42,768 bases of DNA from Nitrososphaerales archaeon (GTDB lineage: Archaea > Thermoproteota > Nitrososphaeria > Nitrososphaerales > UBA213): NCBI GenBank assembly GCA_038868975.1, contig JAWCSA010000003.1:1-42768 (forward strand). Reading direction: 5' to 3'. The position numbers and the translations under genes were made by a program. Within the stretch, counting starts at the first letter, position 1. The number at the start of each line of letters is the position of its first letter. This document shows positions 18,011 through 26,546 of this stretch, piece after piece. The notes below the pieces were generated by a model. The model made no database searches. It saw only the letters and a program-made list of their open reading frames with translations, and was not told where the DNA came from.

Positions 18011-19858
18011 TTACAAACTAACCTGTGTAAATAGACATGACTCTACTCTAATTGTACTTGTTACTGAAGTAGCAGTAAAGTTTGGCGCCGCTTTCAGATG
18101 TGTAACACACTTCAAGCTTTGCACGAACCTCTTGGTTATTGGGTTGTTTGGAAGTTTATCAAGATCTTCGTATATACCTGTGAATACAACTACATCTACC
18201 TTCTTCAAGAATTTCGATAAACTTTGACTAGGGAAGCACAGAAACACTTCCTTCTGCGCCTCTATTGTCTTTGTAATGCTGCTCTTGCTCTTTGAGATAA
18301 CAGTGTTCATCTCCATCGGGTGTGTTATATCATTATTTTCTACACATGACTGCGTTACTATTGGCTCCTTTGAAGGTGTGCTCCTCTCACATCCTAGCAC
18401 TTTGCTATTATATAGTTTAAGGCATGTTATAACCTCAGCTTGCTTGCCAACCATCTTCTTTGTATCCATGTTCTGATATAGCTCAGCATATATGGTAACA
18501 TCTGCTATAACTGGCACATGTCCCTGATCTAAGAAGCAGTCATACACCTCCTTCTCCACATGCACGGTCTTAGCTATAGGAGTAGTATTCTTCATGCCAG
18601 ATACAGTGTTCATGTCTATAGGGTCCTCATGCAATGGCCTTAATGTACAGTCACCAAATGGTGGTAGCTCTGGAGGTGGTGGGGGTGGCTTTTCACGTAC
18701 TGTCACTGTTGCAGAGGCACGCTCATTTGGATCGTTGCCTGGAACATTTGGGTTTCCAGTATGAGAACCTCCTAGCACGGAACAGTTTCCAGTGAGACAT
18801 ATATCCGCCGTAGCAAACGCTGTATTTGTAAAGGTTCCTGTAGTTGTAAAGGTCTGGGTACATGTGAAACGAATACTCTGCCCTGGATGAAGTATACCGT
18901 CTGTGTCTACGGTACTGGAAGTCAGATCGAAGAATGCATCACCAATATTCAGTATAGGATCACCATCTCCAATGCCATTTCCATCTGCATCAAACGTTAC
19001 TGGAGAGCAGTCATCAGCATTTCCAGCTATGCCATCAAACCCTGTATCTGTAATAAAGACATTGGTTAATGGCACTTCACTTAAGTTAGTCTCCACATAA
19101 GTGTATGTGACTATTAATGGTACGGTTCCTGATGTTGGATTTGCTGTTTTTGTAAGTGTAGTACTCACAACGGGAAAAGTAACAAGGAATTCAGCGGTTC
19201 CAAGATAGCCCTGTGGCGACCCTGTGCCAGAGGTCTCTGTTCCACAGGAGACAAGCGCGTACTTACCTGGAGCAAATGTATTATCTGTTCTGTGACCTAT
19301 GACAGCGTTGGCAGAATTTACCTCATCCCAGTGATAAGGAATTGAACCAGCAACTGTAGCACCATTTATCTCGTCTATATGTATAGGAAACAATATTGGA
19401 TGTATATCTGGAGGATGATCTGCACCTGTTTGTTTCGCAGTAATGTCAGCTCCTATCCCAAAGGGTATGCGCAGTTTTCCATTGGGAGGACCGCCTGTAG
19501 CCGTATAACCTCTTATATCTCCTGGGTAATCACCTGCTCCAACCAGAACCCAGGCCCTCCCTCCTGGAGGGGCACCCGGCAGGTTGTGACCTGCAAATAG
19601 GTCTGGCCGACATCTAGTGGGGAGAAGCAAAGCGTTTGCAGGATCGTAGTAGACCCTTACCTCCGTCCCTGTATGAGTGAAACCTAGTATAGCTTCTATT
19701 TGCAAAACACGTGGTGCACCTGTAATATCACTAGCAGGGAAGACTACCTGCGTTGGCGTATTTTCAGCACTTGCATTCTGCAAAGGCATCCCTGTCAGCA
19801 ATGGCGCGAAAGCACTTAACAACAGAACATTTAGAAACAGAGCTGTAAATTTTCTCAT
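18011..19858 (-). CDS. Secreted multidomain protein: N-domain shared with 30602..31303, a DUF11/CARDB-like beta-sandwich, a Pro6 linker, and two tandem 4-Cys modules
   Basis: Signal peptide MRKFTALFLNVLLLSAFAPLLTG. KLRIPFGIGADIT and YALVSCGTETSG...LGTAEFLVTFPV match SIRIPFGTGGTFDIT and LYIFCTIGSEG...LGTLQVTAPV of the 258-aa ORF. The middle region has TLTKTANPTSGTVPLIVTYTYVETN...VFITD, then the linker KPPPPPPELPP. The C-terminal ~200 aa are homologous to 40084..40668. Confidence 0.85.
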   Translation of the reverse strand: MRKFTALFLNVLLLSAFAPLLTGMPLQNASAENTPTQVVFPASDITGAPRVLQIEAILGFTHTGTEVRVYYDPANALLLPTRCRPDLFAGHNLPGAPPGGRAWVLVGAGDYPGDIRGYTATGGPPNGKLRIPFGIGADITAKQTGADHPPDIHPILFPIHIDEINGATVAGSIPYHWDEVNSANAVIGHRTDNTFAPGKYALVSCGTETSGTGSPQGYLGTAEFLVTFPVVSTTLTKTANPTSGTVPLIVTYTYVETNLSEVPLTNVFITDTGFDGIAGNADDCSPVTFDADGNGIGDGDPILNIGDAFFDLTSSTVDTDGILHPGQSIRFTCTQTFTTTGTFTNTAFATADICLTGNCSVLGGSHTGNPNVPGNDPNERASATVTVREKPPPPPPELPPFGDCTLRPLHEDPIDMNTVSGMKNTTPIAKTVHVEKEVYDCFLDQGHVPVIADVTIYAELYQNMDTKKMVGKQAEVITCLKLYNSKVLGCERSTPSKEPIVTQSCVENNDITHPMEMNTVISKSKSSITKTIEAQKEVFLCFPSQSLSKFLKKVDVVVFTGIYEDLDKLPNNPITKRFVQSLKCVTHLKAAPNFTATSVTSTIRVESCLFTQVSL

Positions 19859-19936
19859 ACAACTGTTCTGTCAAAGACAATTAAAATATTTATGACACTT
19901 GTGTGCACGAAATTAAATCGTGATATACAGTTATTA

Positions 19937-19983
19937 CACACGGTTGATCCACATGTTTTAAACACGTGTTTATTACACCTGTT
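19937..19983. promoter_or_regulatory. Four CACNTGTT-type units phased at 13 bp (cacacggt, cacatgtt, cacgtgtt, cacctgtt), 79-125 nt upstream of ATG 19858
   Basis: Units start at 19937, 19950, 19963 and 19976. The spacers are AT-rich pentamers (ttaaa, tatta). Confidence 0.45.
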
Positions 19984-20038
19984 TTCCTAATCTGTAGCAT
20001 AACATCTAGTCTTCATAGAACCGATTAGTATGTTCTTG

Positions 20039-20911
20039 CTACTCTATACTAACAGCTACACTTATCTTGCCGGCATTTTCAGGAAAATACTTTAAAGTTG
20101 AGGAATAATGAGGATCTGGTCCATACACTTTCATAGTCAACTGCACAGCATCACTCACACTTGACTTTTCGACCATGAGCGATCTCAAAGTTGAAAGTAA
20201 AGCAGCATCATTATGCCCAGAGCTAACAGTCTCATCCCAGCCAATCACTGCATCAGCTCCGCGCTGTAGTAATGCGTCAGCAAGACTTGTATTTGATAAT
20301 GAGTTACAGCCGCCTATTATAATTATAGAATCTGGGAATTTGCCTATCATCATCTCTTTAACAAATTTGGAGCCTATCAGGAAATATGGCTCTTCTCTTG
20401 AGACTTGCAAAGCACCATCTATGACATAATAGGAACCAGCATCAGTATTATTTACCCTATTCCATGTGTCCTTGCTTCCTGCTTCAACTTCATATGTAAC
20501 CAGAGGCGACCCTTTCAGAACATGCCCAGAAAGCTGCTCCATAATGTATTTATCAGTCTGGTATTTCTCCCCAGTAAATATGCTAACAGAATTCACCTGC
20601 TCACTCGCAACAGAATGCGACCTAATAACTATGAATGAATACCCCGTGGATGGCAGCCTTTTGTAAAAATCTACAGTAATATCTTTTGTAGTATATAGGT
20701 CAACGGTATATCCTGCTGCTTCAAGATATTGTGTAGCCATCTTCTGGAAGTATTCATTTGGGATGCTATCATGCAGTTGGTCAATTATAACGGCCCTTAC
20801 AGGACCTTCGTACACATCATTAGGCTCGGCTCTAACACCAAAAAGCAGAATGATGGAGAAGATAGAAATAGCCACTGCTGGAATTAGTATCTTTGACTTG
20901 TTATTTAGCAA
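20039..20911 (-). CDS. Membrane-anchored extracytoplasmic protein with a possible caspase-fold (clan CD-like) His/Cys dyad
   Basis: TTG start and TM ILIPAVAISIFSIILLFGV. A hydrophobic strand + His (YSFIVIRSHSV) and a hydrophobic strand + Cys (DSIIIIGGCNSLS) follow in that order, then GADAVIGW. The family call is weak. Confidence 0.6.
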   Translation of the reverse strand: MLNNKSKILIPAVAISIFSIILLFGVRAEPNDVYEGPVRAVIIDQLHDSIPNEYFQKMATQYLEAAGYTVDLYTTKDITVDFYKRLPSTGYSFIVIRSHSVASEQVNSVSIFTGEKYQTDKYIMEQLSGHVLKGSPLVTYEVEAGSKDTWNRVNNTDAGSYYVIDGALQVSREEPYFLIGSKFVKEMMIGKFPDSIIIIGGCNSLSNTSLADALLQRGADAVIGWDETVSSGHNDAALLSTLRSLMVEKSSVSDAVQLTMKVYGPDPHYSSTLKYFPENAGKISVAVSIE

Positions 20912-21213
20912 CCTGCATCAAGACATATGGCCTATTTATGCATATTAGATCTGTGGAGCTAAGAGAGCTTATGAGTAAAGCAGCATATGTTAGTAAGTAT
21001 TATGAGCTCCTATGGTAATGAATGTTATGCATATGCATCTGAAACATTTGATATCAACATGGATTGCCAACTAAATGCGTAATGAAGTTTTTTATTTATT
21101 AGTTTATTTCATATAGACAAACAAACTCGCGCACCGATGAAATGACTTTTTTCTTCGTTAACTGGCTAGAAAATGTCAGACCATGAACTCACAAGTTCTT
21201 TTTAGATTCTCCC

Positions 21214-23073
21214 ATGTATGTGGGAAATATGGAGTTAAACAGGAACATCAAGGTTCTGGCGCTGCTGCTAGCTGTTGCATTGCTCTCAACTGCAACGATT
21301 GCGCCATTTGGGATGGCATTTGCTAATAATGATAAGCAAAAATATGTTCCAGGTGAACTGTTAATAAAATTCAACGAAGATTCAAAATCTATTAAGGAGC
21401 AGATACTAAAAAAGCATGGAGCAAAAATAGTTGATAGCATAGAGCAGATCGATGTTCAAGTGATAAAGGTACCAAGTCAAGCATTGGGGTCAGTAGAATC
21501 TGCACTTCGCAACAACAAGGCAGTAAAATACGTAGAGAAGAACTTCTTACTTGAACCGGCTGTCGTGCCCAACGATCCATATTATTATAGGCAGTGGCAC
21601 CTAAGCAAGATCGGGGCGCCAAGTGGTTGGGATATAGGTAAGGGCAGCGCAAACACTTCCGTAGCTATACTTGATACTGGGGTGGATCCATCGCATCCGG
21701 ATCTGAAAGACAAATTGCTAAATGGGTACAATTTCTATGATAACAACAGCAACTGGTCAGACGTTTGTGGGCATGGCACAGGCGTTGCTGGAACTGCAGC
21801 TGCTGTAACAAACAATGGCATAGGTGTGGCTGGCGTTGCATGGGAAAATAAGATCCTTCCAATACGCATAACAGATACCAACTGCTATGGCTATTATTCA
21901 ACAATGGCCAAAGGCATAGTGTTTGCAGCTGACAATGGTGCAAGGGTTGCAAACATTAGTTTCAGAATATTCAATGGAGACACGTTGACAGATGCTGCGA
22001 AGTATATGTATAACAAAGGCGGATGGGTCGTAGCTGCTGGTGGGAACACTGGAACGTATGAGAATTACAAGGATAACCCATACATAATATCTGTAAGTGC
22101 CACCGACTCTACTGACAATATAACCTCATTTTCATCATATGGACCTTACATAGACTTTGCAGCACCTGGTTCCAGCATATACACAACTAGCAACGGCGGT
22201 TCCTATGGCTACAAGAGCGGAACATCTTTCTCATCGCCAGTAACTGCTGGTCTGATTGCCTTGATGTTCTCGCAAAGTCCAGGCATGACATCAAATGATG
22301 TGTATGACATATTGAAGCGATCTGCAGTTGACCGTGGCACAGCAGGCTATGATAATTACTATGGCTGGGGAAGAATAGATGCCTACAACGCATTGAAACT
22401 TGCTAGTTCATACAATTTGCTACAGAACAACCATGACGTTTCAGTTACAAATGCGAGTGTGCAGGAATCTGCTATCCAAGGAGATGCTGTCACAATCAAT
22501 GTTAGCGTTGTGAACGAGGGTGCTGTAAGCGAAACATTTGATGTAAAGGTAACCGACCTTACCGATTCTGTATCTATAGGCATGAGGAGTGTAACGCTTA
22601 CCTCTGGTTCCTCAAGCACTGTTTCATTTACTTGGAACACGGAGGGGGCAACGTTGGGTACGCATACGCTGCAAGCAGAAGCAATTGCAGTTGCAGGCGA
22701 AACGGACTTTTCTGACAATGTCAAAAAGGCATCAATTAACATAAGTCAAGCATCTGACCTTCCCAAAGCGGTCAGCGTTAATTCCATCAGCTATTACAAG
22801 GAAGGGGGGCGACAAAATAGCTTGCATCTAAAAATAGTGGCATCATTAATCGATGATATGGGCAACGCAGTGCCCAGCGCAGTGGTTACGATCGATGTTT
22901 ACGTTAATAACGTATTATATACTACTGCAAGTGGCACAAGTGGTACTGATGGAAAGGTCGCATTCAAGTTGAATAGAGCGCCTGCTGGATGCTATAATAC
23001 TATAGTTACAAATGTGAAATCCTCAGGCTTGACATGGGATGGAAATACTCCCGCTAACGGCATCTGCAAGTGA
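21214..23073 (+). CDS. Secreted subtilisin-like serine protease (S8) with an I9-like propeptide and C-terminal CARDB/Ig-like domains
   Basis: The likely start is ATG 21229 (MELNRNIKVLALLL...). Catalytic triad motifs VAILDTGVD, HGTGVAGTAAA and GTSFSSPVTAG. The propeptide has PGELLIKFNED...IDVQVIKVP. The CARDB-like stretch reads GDAVTINVSVVNEGAVSETFDVKVTD. Confidence 0.92.
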   Translation: MYVGNMELNRNIKVLALLLAVALLSTATIAPFGMAFANNDKQKYVPGELLIKFNEDSKSIKEQILKKHGAKIVDSIEQIDVQVIKVPSQALGSVESALRNNKAVKYVEKNFLLEPAVVPNDPYYYRQWHLSKIGAPSGWDIGKGSANTSVAILDTGVDPSHPDLKDKLLNGYNFYDNNSNWSDVCGHGTGVAGTAAAVTNNGIGVAGVAWENKILPIRITDTNCYGYYSTMAKGIVFAADNGARVANISFRIFNGDTLTDAAKYMYNKGGWVVAAGGNTGTYENYKDNPYIISVSATDSTDNITSFSSYGPYIDFAAPGSSIYTTSNGGSYGYKSGTSFSSPVTAGLIALMFSQSPGMTSNDVYDILKRSAVDRGTAGYDNYYGWGRIDAYNALKLASSYNLLQNNHDVSVTNASVQESAIQGDAVTINVSVVNEGAVSETFDVKVTDLTDSVSIGMRSVTLTSGSSSTVSFTWNTEGATLGTHTLQAEAIAVAGETDFSDNVKKASINISQASDLPKAVSVNSISYYKEGGRQNSLHLKIVASLIDDMGNAVPSAVVTIDVYVNNVLYTTASGTSGTDGKVAFKLNRAPAGCYNTIVTNVKSSGLTWDGNTPANGICK

Positions 23074-23388
23074 TCGTTATGGCACAAAATTATCGAAGAC
23101 TGGTCATTGGTTGGAGAGGCTGTTCTATGTCCTCTCCACCAACGATTGGTCTTGCGGGTTTTCGTTACGCATCATATGATAGTCTGAACAGCTTAAAGGC
23201 TGTTCCGCATGATCGGGGCTCTCCTCAGGTGAGCAACGCTTTATTAGAAAATAAGCATATTGTCAGGAGGTAGGCGGTTGCAAAATTTAAAGAAAGATGA
23301 AAAGTTCAGCATATTTGCGTACTGGATCGCTGCCGGCTTGCTTATAGCTGCGTTACTGATGTTGAAGGGTATATTGTAACAACCATAG

Positions 23389-23682
23389 TTATACTTCAAG
23401 TCACACATTCTTGCCTTTGCAACTAAATGTGGCTCAGAGATAAAACCTGATGCCTATATTCCAGAGCATGGCATGCTTGGGAAGAACCTGCTAGCAATGA
23501 TATCATCGCTATGGCATGTTAGGCTAACTGTAGCAAAGATACAATCGATGCTGAAAGCCATCTATGGATTAAGTTTATCAACAGCAACCATACAGAACGC
23601 ACTGTTCAACGTATCTTCTTCATTGCAGAGATTCGCTGATAGAGTAAGAAGCAATGTCAAAAGAGCAAGTATCTCTGAATAG
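23389..23682 (+). pseudogene. Transposase fragment (IS66-like by motif pattern; uncertain)
   Basis: The open frame ...KCGSEIKPDAYIPEHGMLGKNLLAMISSLWHVRLTVAKIQSMLKAIYGLSLSTATIQNAL...VKRASISE* has no plausible start. It resembles the central G..LlA....KY...lP..R....l...G..ls..T part of IS66-type transposases and stops inside the 39-bp repeat. Confidence 0.4.
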
Positions 23683-23695
23683 GCTAAATACGTAC
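23657..23695. repeat. 39-bp direct repeat, copy A (tcaaaagagcaagtatctctgaataggctaaatacgtac)
   Basis: Matches 29903..29941 at 36 of 39 positions in the same orientation. It marks the point where a response-regulator gene is truncated. Confidence 0.8.
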
Positions 23696-23817
23696 GAATA
23701 AACATTCAAGCATTCCTGCCCATCATGTATTATTGTAACACTGTGATTGCTCTTCTCCAATGCTATCTTGTAAAGCGAAGCAATATCTTCCTCGTCTTCT
23801 TCTACCAGTATGTTCAT
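23696..23817 (-). pseudogene. 5' fragment (~40 codons) of a response-regulator receiver gene, paralogous to 32951..33565
   Basis: MNILVEEDEEDIASLYKIALEKSNHSVTIIHDGQECLNVYS aligns with LRILIAEDDSAIAMQYKIALEARNHSVVVTADGEQCIKVYS. Homology ends exactly at the 39-bp repeat. Confidence 0.7.
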
Positions 23818-23855
23818 GACTTCAGGATTTAGTCTATGATGATGTAAATAAACAT

Positions 23856-26546
23856 TCATCTGAGCTTGTTGTGATATCGCATAGCCACAACAAGTAGCAA
23901 AGATATGCCGGCAAACAACAAAGCAGGCGGCCCAAATTCTGGGATTATGTGTATTGATGCCGAATCGGATGTTATTGTATAGATTATCCATGCATCACTC
24001 TCATTATCAAGCCAGCTCATAGAAGGCAATATCTCACCTTTTGATAATATGGCTGGGTCGTTGATCAGATCATTGGAGATAACAAAGACCAGTTCCTCCT
24101 CTTTGGCTCCCTGCATTTCGACAAAGATTTCACCATCCTTTACGGTAGTTATGGTACTGTTGCTTGAGGATAACATAAATTGACTTCCAGCGAGTGTGTA
24201 GTAGTAAAGTGGCAAGTTTCTGCTTACATGCTTTGGAAGCCAGTACTGCTTCTCAATCTCCGATACATTTACCAAACTAAACTTCTTCCTTACAATTTCG
24301 ACCAAATCATTAATTGTGGAAACGTCCTCACTCTGATACCTCAAGTTATTACCATCTATCCTATAATACGATTGAGGGTATATCGCAACAACAGCAAAAC
24401 CATACTCCATAACAGAGTTATTTATATCATCAAAAACATCGTCTATCGGCAATATACTCCACGTTTCATCATCTGTGTTATAGATGCTTGTAGACGCGGT
24501 TACTGGAAAATGGAAAACTCGTTCGCCTGGGTGCAATGGATAGGGTGGCGCATCTGCGTATAAGGAACTGCTAAGATATGTGATGCCAATTTCTTTCATA
24601 GCAGCAATTGTCTCATCATTGAACCGATCATCCGGTGGCATGAACGTCCTCGTCTGTGCATTGAACATAGATTTTACTTTCTCCTTTGTTCTTGCGATTG
24701 AATCTCTCTGTTCTGAAAAGGTCATTGCAGTGTGATCATTATGCATCCATCCTCTGTTGGCGACCTCCACCAACCCAGTTGAAGTTGAATTTCTGATTAG
24801 CTGTATAATCTCATTATCATTCTCAAGGGAACCACCTATAACAGCCAATGTGAGCTTCGTGTCCTTATTGATGAAGGACTTGATTATGTCAATCTGCGCC
24901 TCCCTTGCATAGTAATCCTGAACATCGAGAAGCACAAACGTAACGCAGTTACAACTTGAGGGGGCACGCCTGAACGCGTCCGATAACTCAATACCTATTG
25001 TGTTTATGCCCTTCATCTCCTTGGCCAATAAATGTGTTAGATTGGCATCAAAAAATGTTTGAACCGCAAAATCATATCTTCCTACATAGGCAGGCATGGC
25101 TAAATTCACGTTAAATTCGCTGTATTCACCATCTTTCAGCAACGTATTATCGATTCGTTCCCACAGAAGTTCGCCATTGTTCCAGAGCGAAGCTCTTATG
25201 TAAAACTGCCACGGTAGCGTTCCGGTATTTGTTATAGTATAGGTAAGGGAAGCGTTTTCTCCTGTTCGCAACTCGTTCTCTGCAATTGAAAGAGTGATAT
25301 CCGCAGATACATTTCCCTTCACTTCAACCACCTCCCTCCATGGTAGCTGCCCTGTCACAGTACCATCATGTTCTATTACAGCATATCCATAATACATTCC
25401 CTCCTCTGTTGGCTCGACAAAGATCTTATGCTCGCTATACCCGCTTGTCAATTCAACAGTAAGCCTTTGAATAAGGTCATACGGTTCGATGCGATCCCTA
25501 TCGAGTATCAATGAAAACGTGACATTTTTTTCATTTGAATATGTGCTTGATATCCTAAATACCACTTCGGTGGCACTTCCAATAGGAATGATGTTGTTGG
25601 TGCTCTTCAACTCAACGATTGAAGGTTTGTTTCTTAATAGATCAATCTGCATTTGCTTATCCGTTAGCGTTATATCATGCATGAGCCACAGCTCCTCATC
25701 GTAAAGAAGGTTCTGCTCTATCCGGTATACCCTTACCATGTATTCGCCGACCTTTAGATCCGTAAAGTAGGCATCCCCTTTCCTGTTAAACGCGGCAGCT
25801 GCAACTTCCCTCTCACTGTTATCGTAGATTATTGCAGTGAACTTCCCTAGTTTCTCGCCTACCTTCTCACGTCCTTCATAGAGGGAAAAAACAAGCTGTT
25901 CCACCCTTGGAGGCCATGAGGTTACAACCTTAACCTCCTTTCGTGTCCCAGGTTCAAGCTTGATCTGCGAGTGCTCGTATGATAGTTTGTTATCAATGAA
26001 AATGGACGCAATATAGTACTCCTGCGAACCTGTTGACTGTAGCCAGAAGCGTGGTGTCGTGCCTTCCTTATCAGTAACCCCAGATTGAATAAGATTGTTC
26101 CTATACGATCTTATTTCCACATCTGCCCCTTCGATAGGTGTTACGCCATCAGAATAGAAAATATTCAATCTCATACCTCCCGGTGGTAGAATTTTTATCA
26201 CAAGTTTCTCTTCGATCTTACGGAGTTCAACAGCGTCAGAACCAGCAAACATGTCATTCACATAAACATCCACCCTGTACTTGTGATTTAACCGAAGTGA
26301 TGGAAACGTGTACGGATTCATTTCTGTACTTACCACCTGAGAAGGTTCTTCAACCGAATCTCTGTAAAGCATGAGAGTCATCTGCCAGGGGTTCACCCTA
26401 TCACCATTGGTGTAAAGCACCGTTACCTCGAGCGAACCGTGAGCTTGACCATAGGATTGGGTAGGAAAAGCTGCAATGATCAATAGCACAAGTATTGCAA
26501 ATCCCTTTGCAAAAAGAGCCCGTGCTAACCTTTTGTCAATGCTCAT
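23856..26546 (-). CDS. Giant surface-anchored polysaccharide deacetylase (CE4/NodB-like domain) with CarboxypepD_reg/CARDB-like beta-sandwich repeats and a PEFG-CTERM anchor
   Basis: The ORF is open to 26567 (TTG). ATG 26546 (MSIDKRLARALFAKGFAILVLLIIAAF) overlaps the GT2 stop by 11 nt. Deacetylase region: CNCVTFVLLDVQDYY...EVANRGWMHNDH...TRTFMPPDDRFNDETIAAMKEIGITYLSS. It ends IHIIPEFGPPALLFAGISLLLVVAMRYHNKLR. Confidence 0.8.
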   Translation of the reverse strand: MSIDKRLARALFAKGFAILVLLIIAAFPTQSYGQAHGSLEVTVLYTNGDRVNPWQMTLMLYRDSVEEPSQVVSTEMNPYTFPSLRLNHKYRVDVYVNDMFAGSDAVELRKIEEKLVIKILPPGGMRLNIFYSDGVTPIEGADVEIRSYRNNLIQSGVTDKEGTTPRFWLQSTGSQEYYIASIFIDNKLSYEHSQIKLEPGTRKEVKVVTSWPPRVEQLVFSLYEGREKVGEKLGKFTAIIYDNSEREVAAAAFNRKGDAYFTDLKVGEYMVRVYRIEQNLLYDEELWLMHDITLTDKQMQIDLLRNKPSIVELKSTNNIIPIGSATEVVFRISSTYSNEKNVTFSLILDRDRIEPYDLIQRLTVELTSGYSEHKIFVEPTEEGMYYGYAVIEHDGTVTGQLPWREVVEVKGNVSADITLSIAENELRTGENASLTYTITNTGTLPWQFYIRASLWNNGELLWERIDNTLLKDGEYSEFNVNLAMPAYVGRYDFAVQTFFDANLTHLLAKEMKGINTIGIELSDAFRRAPSSCNCVTFVLLDVQDYYAREAQIDIIKSFINKDTKLTLAVIGGSLENDNEIIQLIRNSTSTGLVEVANRGWMHNDHTAMTFSEQRDSIARTKEKVKSMFNAQTRTFMPPDDRFNDETIAAMKEIGITYLSSSLYADAPPYPLHPGERVFHFPVTASTSIYNTDDETWSILPIDDVFDDINNSVMEYGFAVVAIYPQSYYRIDGNNLRYQSEDVSTINDLVEIVRKKFSLVNVSEIEKQYWLPKHVSRNLPLYYYTLAGSQFMLSSSNSTITTVKDGEIFVEMQGAKEEELVFVISNDLINDPAILSKGEILPSMSWLDNESDAWIIYTITSDSASIHIIPEFGPPALLFAGISLLLVVAMRYHNKLR

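Noticed and set aside
17619-18227. Plus-strand ORFs 17619..17915 and 17973..18227.
   Set aside because: The first overlaps the frameshifted ABM gene and its promoter region and translates to implausible sequence. The second overlaps the well-supported 3' end of 18011..19858.
23070-23273. A 67-aa ORF overlapping the subtilase stop.
   Set aside because: It has a GTG start inside the upstream stop codon and a non-protein-like, Arg/Ser/Gly-rich translation. The region is better explained by an imperfect long hairpin (about 23095-23150, core tggagagg/cctctcca) downstream of the protease gene, possibly a 3'-end structure.
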